Source: Thermodesulfobacteriota bacterium (GTDB taxonomy: Bacteria > Desulfobacterota > Binatia > Bin18). From it: a stretch of DNA of 64,000 nucleotides. The notes under the pieces are model-generated. The model did not search any database, was not told the origin of the DNA, and saw nothing but the letters and a program-made list of their open reading frames with translations. Positions 46,660 to 55,379 of the stretch are shown one piece after another. The position numbers and the translations under genes are program-made. Positions within the stretch are counted from its first letter, which is position 1. Each line of letters begins with the position of its first letter. The DNA is taken from NCBI GenBank assembly GCA_964291405.2, contig OZ219926.1, positions 2,784,001-2,848,000 of the forward strand, given 5' to 3'.

Positions 46660-48787
46660 TGCTGTTGTCTCTGGTGGGGAAGAAAAATCCGTGGCCATGA
46701 TGCACTCCACGTACGACGCACCGACGCAGACGGTCGCCCTGCCGCCGGCATTGGCGAACATGAACAGCAATGTGCTGGATGACGCAATCCTGAAGAAGCT
46801 GGTCGACCCAGACATCTATTACGCTTTTGCGCGCTGTCGGGCGACCGGACTGCCGATGGACAAGGAGGATGCGAACGCGCTGGCGGAATCCATCCGGGAG
46901 TGGGCTCAGTCAAAGGGTTGCATCGGGTATTCGCACTGGTTCTCGCCGATGCGAGGACCGATTCACGGAGAGAAGCTCGAGACGTTCGTGGCGGTGGATT
47001 TCGCGACCGATCGGTTGATTATCAACCTGACCGGCTCTGAGCTGTTTCAGACTGAGACCGATGGGTCGTCGTTTCCAAACGGGGAGCTGCGCGAAACACA
47101 TAAGGCGGCGGCCTATATCGGCTGGGACACTGGATCTCCGCCCTTCGTCTACCGGGAGACGCTATATATCCCGTCTGCCTTTGTTTCCTGGACCGGCGAG
47201 GCGCTCGACCAAAAAACTCCGCTGTTGCGTGCCGACCTTGCAGTCGACGAGCAGAGCATGCGGCTGTTGGCACATCTCGGCGACACCGACACCCAGCAGG
47301 TCGTGTGCAATGTTGGTTGGGAGCAGGAGTTCTTTTTGATTGACCGAGAAAAATACTTAGCACGTCCAGACCTAGTGGCCACAGGACGCACTCTGCTGGG
47401 GGCCGCGCCGCTGCGCGGTCAGGAACTGTCGACCAACTATTTTGCTAGACTGTCGCCACGGGTGAACCGCTATATGGCCGAGGCGCGCGAGAAGATGTGG
47501 GAACTCGGGATTTCGATCCACTGCACCCACAACGAGGTCGCGCCAGCGCAACATGAGATATCGCCGATCTTCAATCTGGCCAACCTCGCCGCGGACACCA
47601 ATGTGCTGGCGATGGATGTGCTCCGCGACTTGGCCTTCGATCATGGTTTCGTCATCCTCTTCCATGAAAAGCCGTTTGCCGGCATCAACGGAAGCGGCAA
47701 ACACAACAACTGGGGCCTGAACACCGATACCGGTGTCAACCTGTTCGTGCCAGGGGACACCGAAAACGATAACCGCCGCTTCATCGCGTTTGTCGCAGCC
47801 CTGTTGCGTGGGGTGAACAAGCATGGCGACTTGCTGCGTTGTGGGGTGTCGACCGCCGGTAACGATCACCGGTTGGGTGCGCAGGAGGCGCCACCAGCGA
47901 TCATCACGCTCCACCTCGGCGAGCGCCTGGAAGCGCACGTGAAGAAGGTCGCCGAGGGCGGTAAATTCACCGCCTACGAAACGCAGCACAAGCAGATCGA
48001 GATATCGGCGCCAGTGGCCGACATCCGGGCCAGTCTGGAAGACCGCAACCGCACCGCGCCATTCCCTTGGTGCGGTAACCGGTTCGAGTTTCGCGCGGTG
48101 GGTGGAAACCAGCATATCGCCTTCCCGCTGACGATGGTCAACGCGGCGCTAGCGGACAGCCTGAAGCATATGTGCGATGAGATCGAAGCCGGCAAGGAAG
48201 TTGATCAAGTCATCCGTGAAACCATCAAGCAGAATCAGGGCGCCCTCTTCAGTGGAAACGGCTACTCCGAGGAGTTGTATGCACACGCCGAAAAATCTAC
48301 CCTGATCCACCTGAAGAGCAGCCCCGAGGCATACCAGGCGCTGACGTCGGCCAAGAATGTCAAGCTCTTTGGTGACTTGGGTATCTTCAACGAACGAGAG
48401 ATTGCGGCGCGTCAGGGCGTCCTCCAAGAAGCCTACGCGACGGAGCTTTGGATCGAGGCACGGACTCTCCTGAATATCCTGCGGACCCTGATCATTCCCG
48501 TCGCCATCGAGGATGCCCGTGTGGGCACCGAATCTGGCTATTCGTCCAAGCTTTTCGACGAAAAGGCGAATCTCGTTCAGCAATTGCTGACTGAAACCGA
48601 AAAACTGGCTGTGGCGTTCGACGACTTTCCCGACGATGATCCTGTGCAATCGGCGTCTTACGCCCACGAAACTATAAAACCGCTGATGCAGTCCGCAAGG
48701 ACCGTAGCGGATCGGCTGGAAGCGGTAGTGGATGGCCGCCTCTGGCCATTGCCGACCTATTCCGAGTTGCTGCACGGGCATCAATGA
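46637..48787 (+). CDS. glnN: Glutamine synthetase type III with an SDR-derived N-terminus
   Basis: HWFSP, ETDGSSFP, GWEQEFFL, HNEVAPAQHE, EKPFAGINGSGKHNNW, DRNRTAPF and WPLPTYSELL motifs. Confidence 0.92.
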   Translation: MGKLDGKVAVVSGGEEKSVAMMHSTYDAPTQTVALPPALANMNSNVLDDAILKKLVDPDIYYAFARCRATGLPMDKEDANALAESIREWAQSKGCIGYSHWFSPMRGPIHGEKLETFVAVDFATDRLIINLTGSELFQTETDGSSFPNGELRETHKAAAYIGWDTGSPPFVYRETLYIPSAFVSWTGEALDQKTPLLRADLAVDEQSMRLLAHLGDTDTQQVVCNVGWEQEFFLIDREKYLARPDLVATGRTLLGAAPLRGQELSTNYFARLSPRVNRYMAEAREKMWELGISIHCTHNEVAPAQHEISPIFNLANLAADTNVLAMDVLRDLAFDHGFVILFHEKPFAGINGSGKHNNWGLNTDTGVNLFVPGDTENDNRRFIAFVAALLRGVNKHGDLLRCGVSTAGNDHRLGAQEAPPAIITLHLGERLEAHVKKVAEGGKFTAYETQHKQIEISAPVADIRASLEDRNRTAPFPWCGNRFEFRAVGGNQHIAFPLTMVNAALADSLKHMCDEIEAGKEVDQVIRETIKQNQGALFSGNGYSEELYAHAEKSTLIHLKSSPEAYQALTSAKNVKLFGDLGIFNEREIAARQGVLQEAYATELWIEARTLLNILRTLIIPVAIEDARVGTESGYSSKLFDEKANLVQQLLTETEKLAVAFDDFPDDDPVQSASYAHETIKPLMQSARTVADRLEAVVDGRLWPLPTYSELLHGHQ

Positions 48788-48824
48788 CCCAGTGAGAACA
48801 CACACTGCCAAAGGGATAAGATTG

Positions 48825-48845
48825 GTAGGGGCTCCGTGTCCCTAC
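48825..48845. repeat. Short GTAG-type hairpin
   Basis: GTAGGG GCTCCGTGT CCCTAC. Confidence 0.5.
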
Positions 48846-48854
48846 AGAAAAAGA

Positions 48855-48890
48855 AGGAGGCATCAGCATGGGAAAGCTTGACGGAAAAGT
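48855..48890 (+). repeat. 36-bp exact direct repeat, copy 2
   Basis: Native RBS and start of the SDR gene. Confidence 0.95.
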
Positions 48891-49764
48891 GGCAGTCGTC
48901 ACCGGCTCGGGCCGGGGTATTGGGCGGGGTATTGTCCAACTCATGGCCAAAGAAGGGGCGAAGGTCGTGGTGAACGACCTGGGCGGCAGTGTCGACGGCG
49001 AGGGGGAAAATAAAGCTCCGGCGCAGCAGGTGGTTGAAGAAATACAGGCGGCAGGCGGAGAGGCCGTGGCCAACACGGACAATATTGCCACCGTGCAGGG
49101 TGGAGAAAACCTGATTCAGACCGCAGTGGATGCGTTTGGTCAGCTCGACATTCTGGTCAACTGCGCCGGTATCCTGCGCGACCGGATGATCTTCAATATG
49201 ACCGAAGAAGAGTGGGATGCGGTGGTGGCAGTCCATCTCAAGGGTCACTACTGTACGATTCGTCCGGCATCGGCCCTGATGCGTCGCCAGAAGAGCGGGC
49301 GGATTATCAACTTCTCTTCCGGGTCTGCCCTGGGTGCTCCGGGACAGCCGAACTACGCTGCGGCAAAGGCCGGCATCCTTGGACTGACGTATAGCAGCGC
49401 CAACGCCCTGGCAAAATATAATATTACCTGCAACGCTATACTGCCCGGCGCAGCCACCCGCATGACCGATACGATTCCGGCCAACTTTGCGCAGGAAATG
49501 GGCTTGTCGGAGAGCAGTGGTGCTGCCCAGGGGAGTCCGCTTGATCCCTCCAACGTGGCTCCGATCGTTATTTTCCTGGCCAGCGATGAAGCCCAATATG
49601 TCAACGGGCAGGCCTTTGGGGCGAGTGGCTATAAAATCTCTCTGTATTCCCATCTCAAGCCCGAAAGGACGATTTACAGTCAGGGGCCGTGGGACCTCGA
49701 TCATCTCTTCAAAGTCTTCAAGGGCACCTTGGGCTCCAATCTGAAGCCCCCGCGTATGGAGTGA
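48868..49764 (+). CDS. Short-chain dehydrogenase/reductase (FabG/3-hydroxyacyl-CoA dehydrogenase-like)
   Basis: TGSGRGIG, VVVNDLG, NCAGILRD and NYAAAK (YxxxK) motifs. Confidence 0.93.
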   Translation: MGKLDGKVAVVTGSGRGIGRGIVQLMAKEGAKVVVNDLGGSVDGEGENKAPAQQVVEEIQAAGGEAVANTDNIATVQGGENLIQTAVDAFGQLDILVNCAGILRDRMIFNMTEEEWDAVVAVHLKGHYCTIRPASALMRRQKSGRIINFSSGSALGAPGQPNYAAAKAGILGLTYSSANALAKYNITCNAILPGAATRMTDTIPANFAQEMGLSESSGAAQGSPLDPSNVAPIVIFLASDEAQYVNGQAFGASGYKISLYSHLKPERTIYSQGPWDLDHLFKVFKGTLGSNLKPPRME

Positions 49765-49903
49765 TGCTCGAAGTGTGCTATGCTGGCGGCCAGCCCGACG
49801 CACTTACGGGCGGGTCTCTGGCAACGTTTGTGGAACGGCACTCAGGGCACGAGGATCAAACGGAGGTATCCTCGTGCCCTTCTTTTTTTGAGGAGGAAAG
49901 GAC

Positions 49904-50443
49904 ATGCAGGCCAGACGGTACGGGAACGGGAAGAGACGGACTCTCTTCACGACAGTGAGTCTGGCGCTCATGCTGATCATCTTCGGACCTGCCCCTGGAG
50001 ACGCGCAGGAGACGGTTGCTGACGGCAAGCGCGTGTCGCTCGAATATACCGTGACATTTGAAGATAAGACGGTCTTTGACTCGAACGTCGGCAAGGAGCC
50101 GCTGGTGTATATCCATGGCTCAGAGAAACGAGTCCCTTTCTTCTCCAAGCATCTGACCGGACTCAAGGCGCAAGAGACGAAACAGTTCGCCATGCCGCCT
50201 GAGGACGTCTACGGCCCGGACGATCCTGAACGGATTCTCGAAGTGCCGAAAGACAGTATTCCTGAAGACCGGCGGAAAGTCGGTGAGAAGCTGGAGGGAA
50301 GAAGTCCAGAGGGCCGGCCACTCTATGCGGAGGTTCTCGAGGTCAAGGCGGAGACGGTGGTCATCGATACCAACCATCCGCTCGCCGGAGAGACATTATT
50401 CTTCGATGTGAAAATACTGCAGGTGGAGACAGCGTCTGAGTAG
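49904..50443 (+). CDS. SlyD-type FKBP peptidyl-prolyl isomerase with signal peptide (paralog 1)
   Basis: VSLEYT, EPLVYIHG, YG and DTNHPLAGETLFFDVKI motifs; hydrophobic leader. Confidence 0.85.
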   Translation: MQARRYGNGKRRTLFTTVSLALMLIIFGPAPGDAQETVADGKRVSLEYTVTFEDKTVFDSNVGKEPLVYIHGSEKRVPFFSKHLTGLKAQETKQFAMPPEDVYGPDDPERILEVPKDSIPEDRRKVGEKLEGRSPEGRPLYAEVLEVKAETVVIDTNHPLAGETLFFDVKILQVETASE

Positions 50444-50518
50444 CAGTGAGGCCTTTGCTCCATGGCGATAAATCCAATAGCGAACACAATACGGACGATA
50501 GAAGGAAGGATATTCTCG

Positions 50519-51097
50519 ATGGAAACGACACGCTATAGGCAGGGAAAACGGAGAATTTTTATTATCACGCTCGGTCTTGGGTTCCTGTTGGTGACCTCAG
50601 GCTACGCCCAAGACACGGTCGGCGAGGGTAAGCGCGTATCGCTCGAATATACGCTCACCCTCGAAGACCAGACGGTTATTGATACGAATGTGGGGAAAGA
50701 CCCATTAGTCTATACGCATGGTGCCCAGGATATCATTCCGGGCCTGGAGAAACAGCTGATAGGCTTAAAAGTCGGGGATACCAAGAACGTCGAAGTCGCG
50801 CCTGCGGACGGGTATGGCGAGGTTGACCCGAGTCGTGTCCAAGAAGTGCCCAAGGAGAATATCCCCGAAGAGGCGTGGGGTGTCGGAAAAAGACTCCAAG
50901 GACAAGGCCCGGATGGCGGGATGATATTTGCCGAAGTCACGGAGGTGAAGGAGAACACAGTTATTGTTGATCTGAATCATCCGATGGCCGGCAAGACGTT
51001 GTTCTTTGCCGTCAAAGTCCTCAAGATTGAAACAGCCGAGGCGCAAAAGGTGGAGATGCCGGGGATGCCATCGGCCCCCGCAGAAGCGGGAGAATAG
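50519..51097 (+). CDS. SlyD-type FKBP peptidyl-prolyl isomerase with signal peptide (paralog 2)
   Basis: IIPGLEKQLIG, GYG and DLNHPMAGKTLFF motifs; leader ending GYA-Q; start re-called at 50519. Confidence 0.88.
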   Translation: METTRYRQGKRRIFIITLGLGFLLVTSGYAQDTVGEGKRVSLEYTLTLEDQTVIDTNVGKDPLVYTHGAQDIIPGLEKQLIGLKVGDTKNVEVAPADGYGEVDPSRVQEVPKENIPEEAWGVGKRLQGQGPDGGMIFAEVTEVKENTVIVDLNHPMAGKTLFFAVKVLKIETAEAQKVEMPGMPSAPAEAGE

Positions 51098-51185
51098 ATA
51101 GCCAGGAACCATCCCCTGAGCAAGACTGACGGGGGACCGTGGTAGCGGTTCCGTTTCCCGCTTTTCCTGGCTAGACTAAAAGGTC

Positions 51186-51809
51186 ATGGCGGAGCATTCG
51201 GTCAAGACAACAGCCCTCCTTCCGTCCGACCACCGGCCGTTTAATTTTGCCCACCTCCTTACCAGCGTGCGACTCGTCCTGACCCCGGTGTTTCTCCTCG
51301 CTATTGAATGCAGCATACAGCAGCCAAGTCTGTTCCGCACGGGCTGTGTGGGTGGGCTCTTTGTGGTGATCTGCGCCAGCGATTACTATGACGGTCCGAT
51401 TGCCAGGGCGCTGGGCTTGAGTTCGGACTGGGGCAAGATACTCGATAATCTGGCGGATATCACCTTCCTGCTCGTGACCCTGACCTATTTGGCGTATAGC
51501 GGTATCGTGCCGTGGTGGATTCCGTGTGCGGTTGGCTGCGCCTTTGGCCAGTATACGCTTGACTCGTGGTGGCTCTCCAGACGAGACACGGCTATCGCGC
51601 TCGTGTCCAATCCCATCGGCCACTGGGCGGGTGTGCTGAATTATGTCGGCACCGGTCTGATGGCATGCCACGCCGCCCTCCAGCGGCAGCTTCTTCCCTT
51701 CCCTCTTGACCAGGCTGTGCTCTTCTTGTGGCTCGGCTATCTGTTACTGGCAATGGGCATGCGATTCCGGTTTTTTTGCCGTGCGCAACGGACGATTATT
51801 CACAACTAG
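51186..51809 (+). CDS. CDP-alcohol phosphatidyltransferase
   Basis: LLTSVR and SDYYDGPIARALGLSSDWGKILDNLAD signature. Confidence 0.85.
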   Translation: MAEHSVKTTALLPSDHRPFNFAHLLTSVRLVLTPVFLLAIECSIQQPSLFRTGCVGGLFVVICASDYYDGPIARALGLSSDWGKILDNLADITFLLVTLTYLAYSGIVPWWIPCAVGCAFGQYTLDSWWLSRRDTAIALVSNPIGHWAGVLNYVGTGLMACHAALQRQLLPFPLDQAVLFLWLGYLLLAMGMRFRFFCRAQRTIIHN

Positions 51810-51823
51810 CGCGTACATTATCT

Positions 51824-52291
51824 ATGGAGAGAAAAATTGTCGGATTTCATCGTGATCCGAAAAACGATTGGGCCGCCGATCTCGCCTGTGGTCATGGGCA
51901 GCATGTGCGCCACAACCCGCCGTTTGAAAACCGACCCTGGGTCGTCACCGAAGACGGCCGCGCGTCCAAGCTTGGCGTGACTCTCAACTGCGTTCGGTGT
52001 GACGCGCTCGAACTGCCCGACGACTTCAGGCCGTACAAGCGAACGGCTGTTTTTCAGGCCGAGTCCGTTCCGGCCGGACTGACCTCATCCCACTCCACGA
52101 AACCGGGTGTGTGGGCAAAGATTCAGGTCCTGGCCGGACAGCTCAGGTACGTTGTGACAGAGCCCATCAACCAGGCGTTTCTCCTGGATTCTGAGCATGT
52201 CGGGATTATTGCTCCCGAAGTTGTCCATTATGTCCAGCCCGAAGGGGCGGTTCGATTTTACGTTGAATTTTATCGCAAACCCGAAGCGTAG
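51824..52291 (+). CDS. DUF3565 plus TehB-N/DUF1971 cupin fusion protein
   Basis: LACGHGQHVRHNPP..CVRC, then PYKRT..HSTKPGVWAKI..FYVEFY. Confidence 0.75.
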   Translation: MERKIVGFHRDPKNDWAADLACGHGQHVRHNPPFENRPWVVTEDGRASKLGVTLNCVRCDALELPDDFRPYKRTAVFQAESVPAGLTSSHSTKPGVWAKIQVLAGQLRYVVTEPINQAFLLDSEHVGIIAPEVVHYVQPEGAVRFYVEFYRKPEA

Positions 52292-52506
52292 CGACAAAGC
52301 GATGATCTTCGGACGTTCCTTCTTCTCGTGTCAAAGCCATGACCCCAGCCATTCACGCCCTCAAACGCGCCCGGATTCTCTTCTTTGGAGGAGAGGTGCC
52401 GAACCGCCTTGCGGGTTGACGGACTGACTATTTTGGAGTGAAATCGAACTCTTATCGGGCCACGCGCTTGTGACTCGATCAGCACGAAGGCTCTTGCCGA
52501 GAAGAC

Positions 52507-54158
52507 ATGCCAATCAGATCACTCACACTGTTGTTTCCGGTAATCGTCGGCTGTCTCATCTCCTCTTGCTCCCTGACACCAAATCGAATGCCCCCGATTC
52601 TCGAAGCAGCGATGGAGTTACCCGACGAGTTTGCCGAAAGTGAAGTTGCCGGCTCATACGAGCCGCTGGAGTGGTGGAAGGCGTTCGCCGACCCGGTTCT
52701 CGACCAGGTCATCGAAGCGGTGCTGGCCTCGAACTTCGACCTCGCCGAGGCGGTCGCCCGGGTCGACCAGGCCAGGGCGCGGGAGCGTATCGTCAAAGCC
52801 CCGGCGTTTCCGCTGCTTCAGCCTTCGGTGGAGATCACCGATATGGAGACATCTACCAATGCGGGTATTGCCGCGTACCTGGACGAATTGGGGGTGGGTT
52901 CCGACGTATACCGCGATTTTGGCTTCGAGATTCCCGATCGGATCGGCCTGACGACCTACGACCTGGGTCTTGACATCTCCTACGAACTTGACTTCTGGGG
53001 CCGCAATCGCAACGACGCGCATGCCGCCGGTGCCGAGCGGCGGGCTTCGGAGTCGGACTACCTGACAGCCCGCATGGGGTGCTGGCCGAAACCGTGCGCA
53101 CCTACCTGGAGATCGTCGACCTGCGCCACCAACGGCGGCTGGCCGGCGAAGTCGTGGAAATCTTTCAGCAGCGGGAGTCCTTGGCCGAGTCTCGTTACGA
53201 CCGCGGGCTGACCGGTGCACGCGCCCTCTATACGGCGCGGCAGAACCTGAGCAACGCGCAAACCAGGGTGCCGCAAATCGAGGCGCTGTTGGCGGACGCG
53301 AAAGGCCGACTTTGGGTGCTCCTGGGGGGGTACCATGCGGACCTCGCGGGCATATTGCCCGATTCCCTGACGCCCTCCGCCGCGCTCGACCCGGTTCCGG
53401 CAGGCATTCCGGCCGACCTCCTGGCACAACGGCCTGACGTCAACGCGGCAAGGCAGCGGATGGAAGCAGCCCGCTACACCGTTGGCGCACGCCGCGCGGA
53501 TTTGCTGCCGAGCTTATCCCTGTACGGTTCCATCGGGCTGCAAAGTGCCGAGGCGGGCGAGTGGTTCGACCCGGATCAATGGTTCCGGAACCTGAGCTTC
53601 AACTTGCTTGGCCCCGCATTTCAAGGTTCACGGCTGCGCAGCAACGTTGATCTCGCCGAGGCCCGGTGGAATGAAGCTGCCGCCGCCTACGGGCGTTCCG
53701 TGGTCAGCGCGGTCAACGAAGTCGAGGCCGCCCTGGCGGGGCTGGAGGCCAACCGCCGCCGGCATTCCCTGCTGGCTTCCAGGACGCAAGAGGCTCAGGC
53801 CGAAACGGTGTTGCAGGAACGGCGTTATGCCTCCGGAGTAGGTAGCTATGAGGATTTCCTGACGGCGACGCACACCCTCCTGGGCGCGCAATCCGCGCTG
53901 GCAGCGGCGCAGCGTGACCTGGGGCACGCGCGTCTTGTCCTGCATCGCGCGCTGGGGGGCGCGTGGACTGCAAAGAGTAAACGTGTCCTCCAATCACACA
54001 AAAAAGCGGGACACGTTTACTCTTTCAACGAAGGGGAAGCCATCCAGCAGAGTAACCTAGCTCCTGACACCAAGGAGGGAACGTGTCCTTCCTCGACCGG
54101 CAGATGCGGGACACGGTCCCTCTTTCAACCGCGTCGGCTTGTGAGCGCCCCGGAGTAA
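52507..54158 (+). CDS. NodT/OprM-family outer membrane efflux lipoprotein, frameshifted at 53076-53079
   Basis: WWKAFADPVL, SYELDFWGR, PADLLAQRPDV and LHRALGGAW motifs. One extra G in the G4 run restores the frame. Confidence 0.85.
53972..54025. repeat. 17-bp inverted-repeat element (perfect)
   Basis: AAAGAGTAAACGTGTCC-N20-GGACACGTTTACTCTTT, read through by the OMF C-terminal tail. Confidence 0.88.
54073..54125. repeat. 17-bp inverted-repeat element (degenerate)
   Basis: AGGAGGGAACGTGTCC-N20-GGACACGGTCCCTCTTT. Confidence 0.75.
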
Positions 54159-54164
54159 ATCACC

Positions 54165-55379
54165 ATGTCCCGCATTTTCAGCTTTGTCATTGCCGGCGCC
54201 ATCCTCAGTGTTTCAGTGGCGTTGGCGGCTTTTCTCATTTCACTGGCACCCGAACCGACCCGCACTGAACCCCCGCCCCAGATCCCGTTCGCGCAGACGG
54301 AACTGGTTTCGGCCGGCACCGGTCCCATACCGGTCTACGGGTCCGGTACCGTGAGGCCGAGCGCTGAGATCGGTATCGCACCGCAGGTGGGGGGGAAAAT
54401 CGACTGGGTGGACCCGGGATTCCAGAGCGGGGGACGGGTAACGGCGGGCCAGACGCTCATCCGCATAGAAGAGGCGGACTTTCTGTACCGGGTGCGGGAA
54501 GCCGAGGCCAATCTCGCCGCCCGGCGGGTAGCCCTCCTTGAGGAGGAGGAAAAAGCCGAAATTGCCCGAGTCCAATACGAACTGTATATCGCCGGCCAGG
54601 GAGATGCGGATGCGACGTCAGCCGCGAATCCCCTCACGCTGAGAGAGCCTCAATTGAACGCGGCGCGTGCCGCAGTGAGCCGCGACGAGGCCCGGCTCGC
54701 TGAAGCCAATCTTGCCCTGTCCAGGACCCGGGTCACGGCACCGTTCGACGGCTTCGTACGCGAAGAATCCGTGGACGTGGGACAAGTCGTCGCCGTCGGC
54801 CAGACCGTCGGCCTGCTTTTCGCTGCGGAGGCCGTGGAGGTGGTCGTGCCCTTGTCCGATTCCGACGCGGCACTGATCGCGGGACTTTGGGATCTCAGGG
54901 CGGGTGACGGGGTGCGACGGGTGGCGGCCCGTGTGGTCGCCCAGTACGGGGACGGGAGCTACGCCTGGGAGGGGTATGTGGATCGGGGCGAGCTATCCCT
55001 GGACAAACAAACGCGAACGATAGACGTGATCGTGCGTGTACCCGAACCGTTTACAACTGGTGTCCGGACGGACGGCTCCGATGTTGTCGGTGAGCGCCCT
55101 CCCTTGCTGGTAGGCAAGTTCGTAGATGTGGAAATCCACGGCCATGAATTGGATGGATACTACCGGGTGCCGCGAGCGGCATTACAATCTGGCAACGAGG
55201 TTTGGATTGTGAATGATGGCGGCGTGGTGAGTATCGTTCCGGTACAGGTCCTACAACGGACCAACGACGAGGTATATGTGACCGGCACCCTTGAAAGCGG
55301 CCAGACCGTCATCACCGGTGGAATCCGGTTTGCCACAGAAGGCATGCGCGTCCTGACGGCAGCTGACCCGACACCATGA
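54165..55379 (+). CDS. RND periplasmic adaptor (MFP)
   Basis: APQVGGKI, LREPQL, TAPFDG and PLLVGKFV motifs. Confidence 0.9.
   Translation: MSRIFSFVIAGAILSVSVALAAFLISLAPEPTRTEPPPQIPFAQTELVSAGTGPIPVYGSGTVRPSAEIGIAPQVGGKIDWVDPGFQSGGRVTAGQTLIRIEEADFLYRVREAEANLAARRVALLEEEEKAEIARVQYELYIAGQGDADATSAANPLTLREPQLNAARAAVSRDEARLAEANLALSRTRVTAPFDGFVREESVDVGQVVAVGQTVGLLFAAEAVEVVVPLSDSDAALIAGLWDLRAGDGVRRVAARVVAQYGDGSYAWEGYVDRGELSLDKQTRTIDVIVRVPEPFTTGVRTDGSDVVGERPPLLVGKFVDVEIHGHELDGYYRVPRAALQSGNEVWIVNDGGVVSIVPVQVLQRTNDEVYVTGTLESGQTVITGGIRFATEGMRVLTAADPTP

Noticed and set aside
48781-49803. 340-aa minus-strand ORF
   Set aside because: Antisense shadow of the SDR, common in GC-rich DNA; no motifs.
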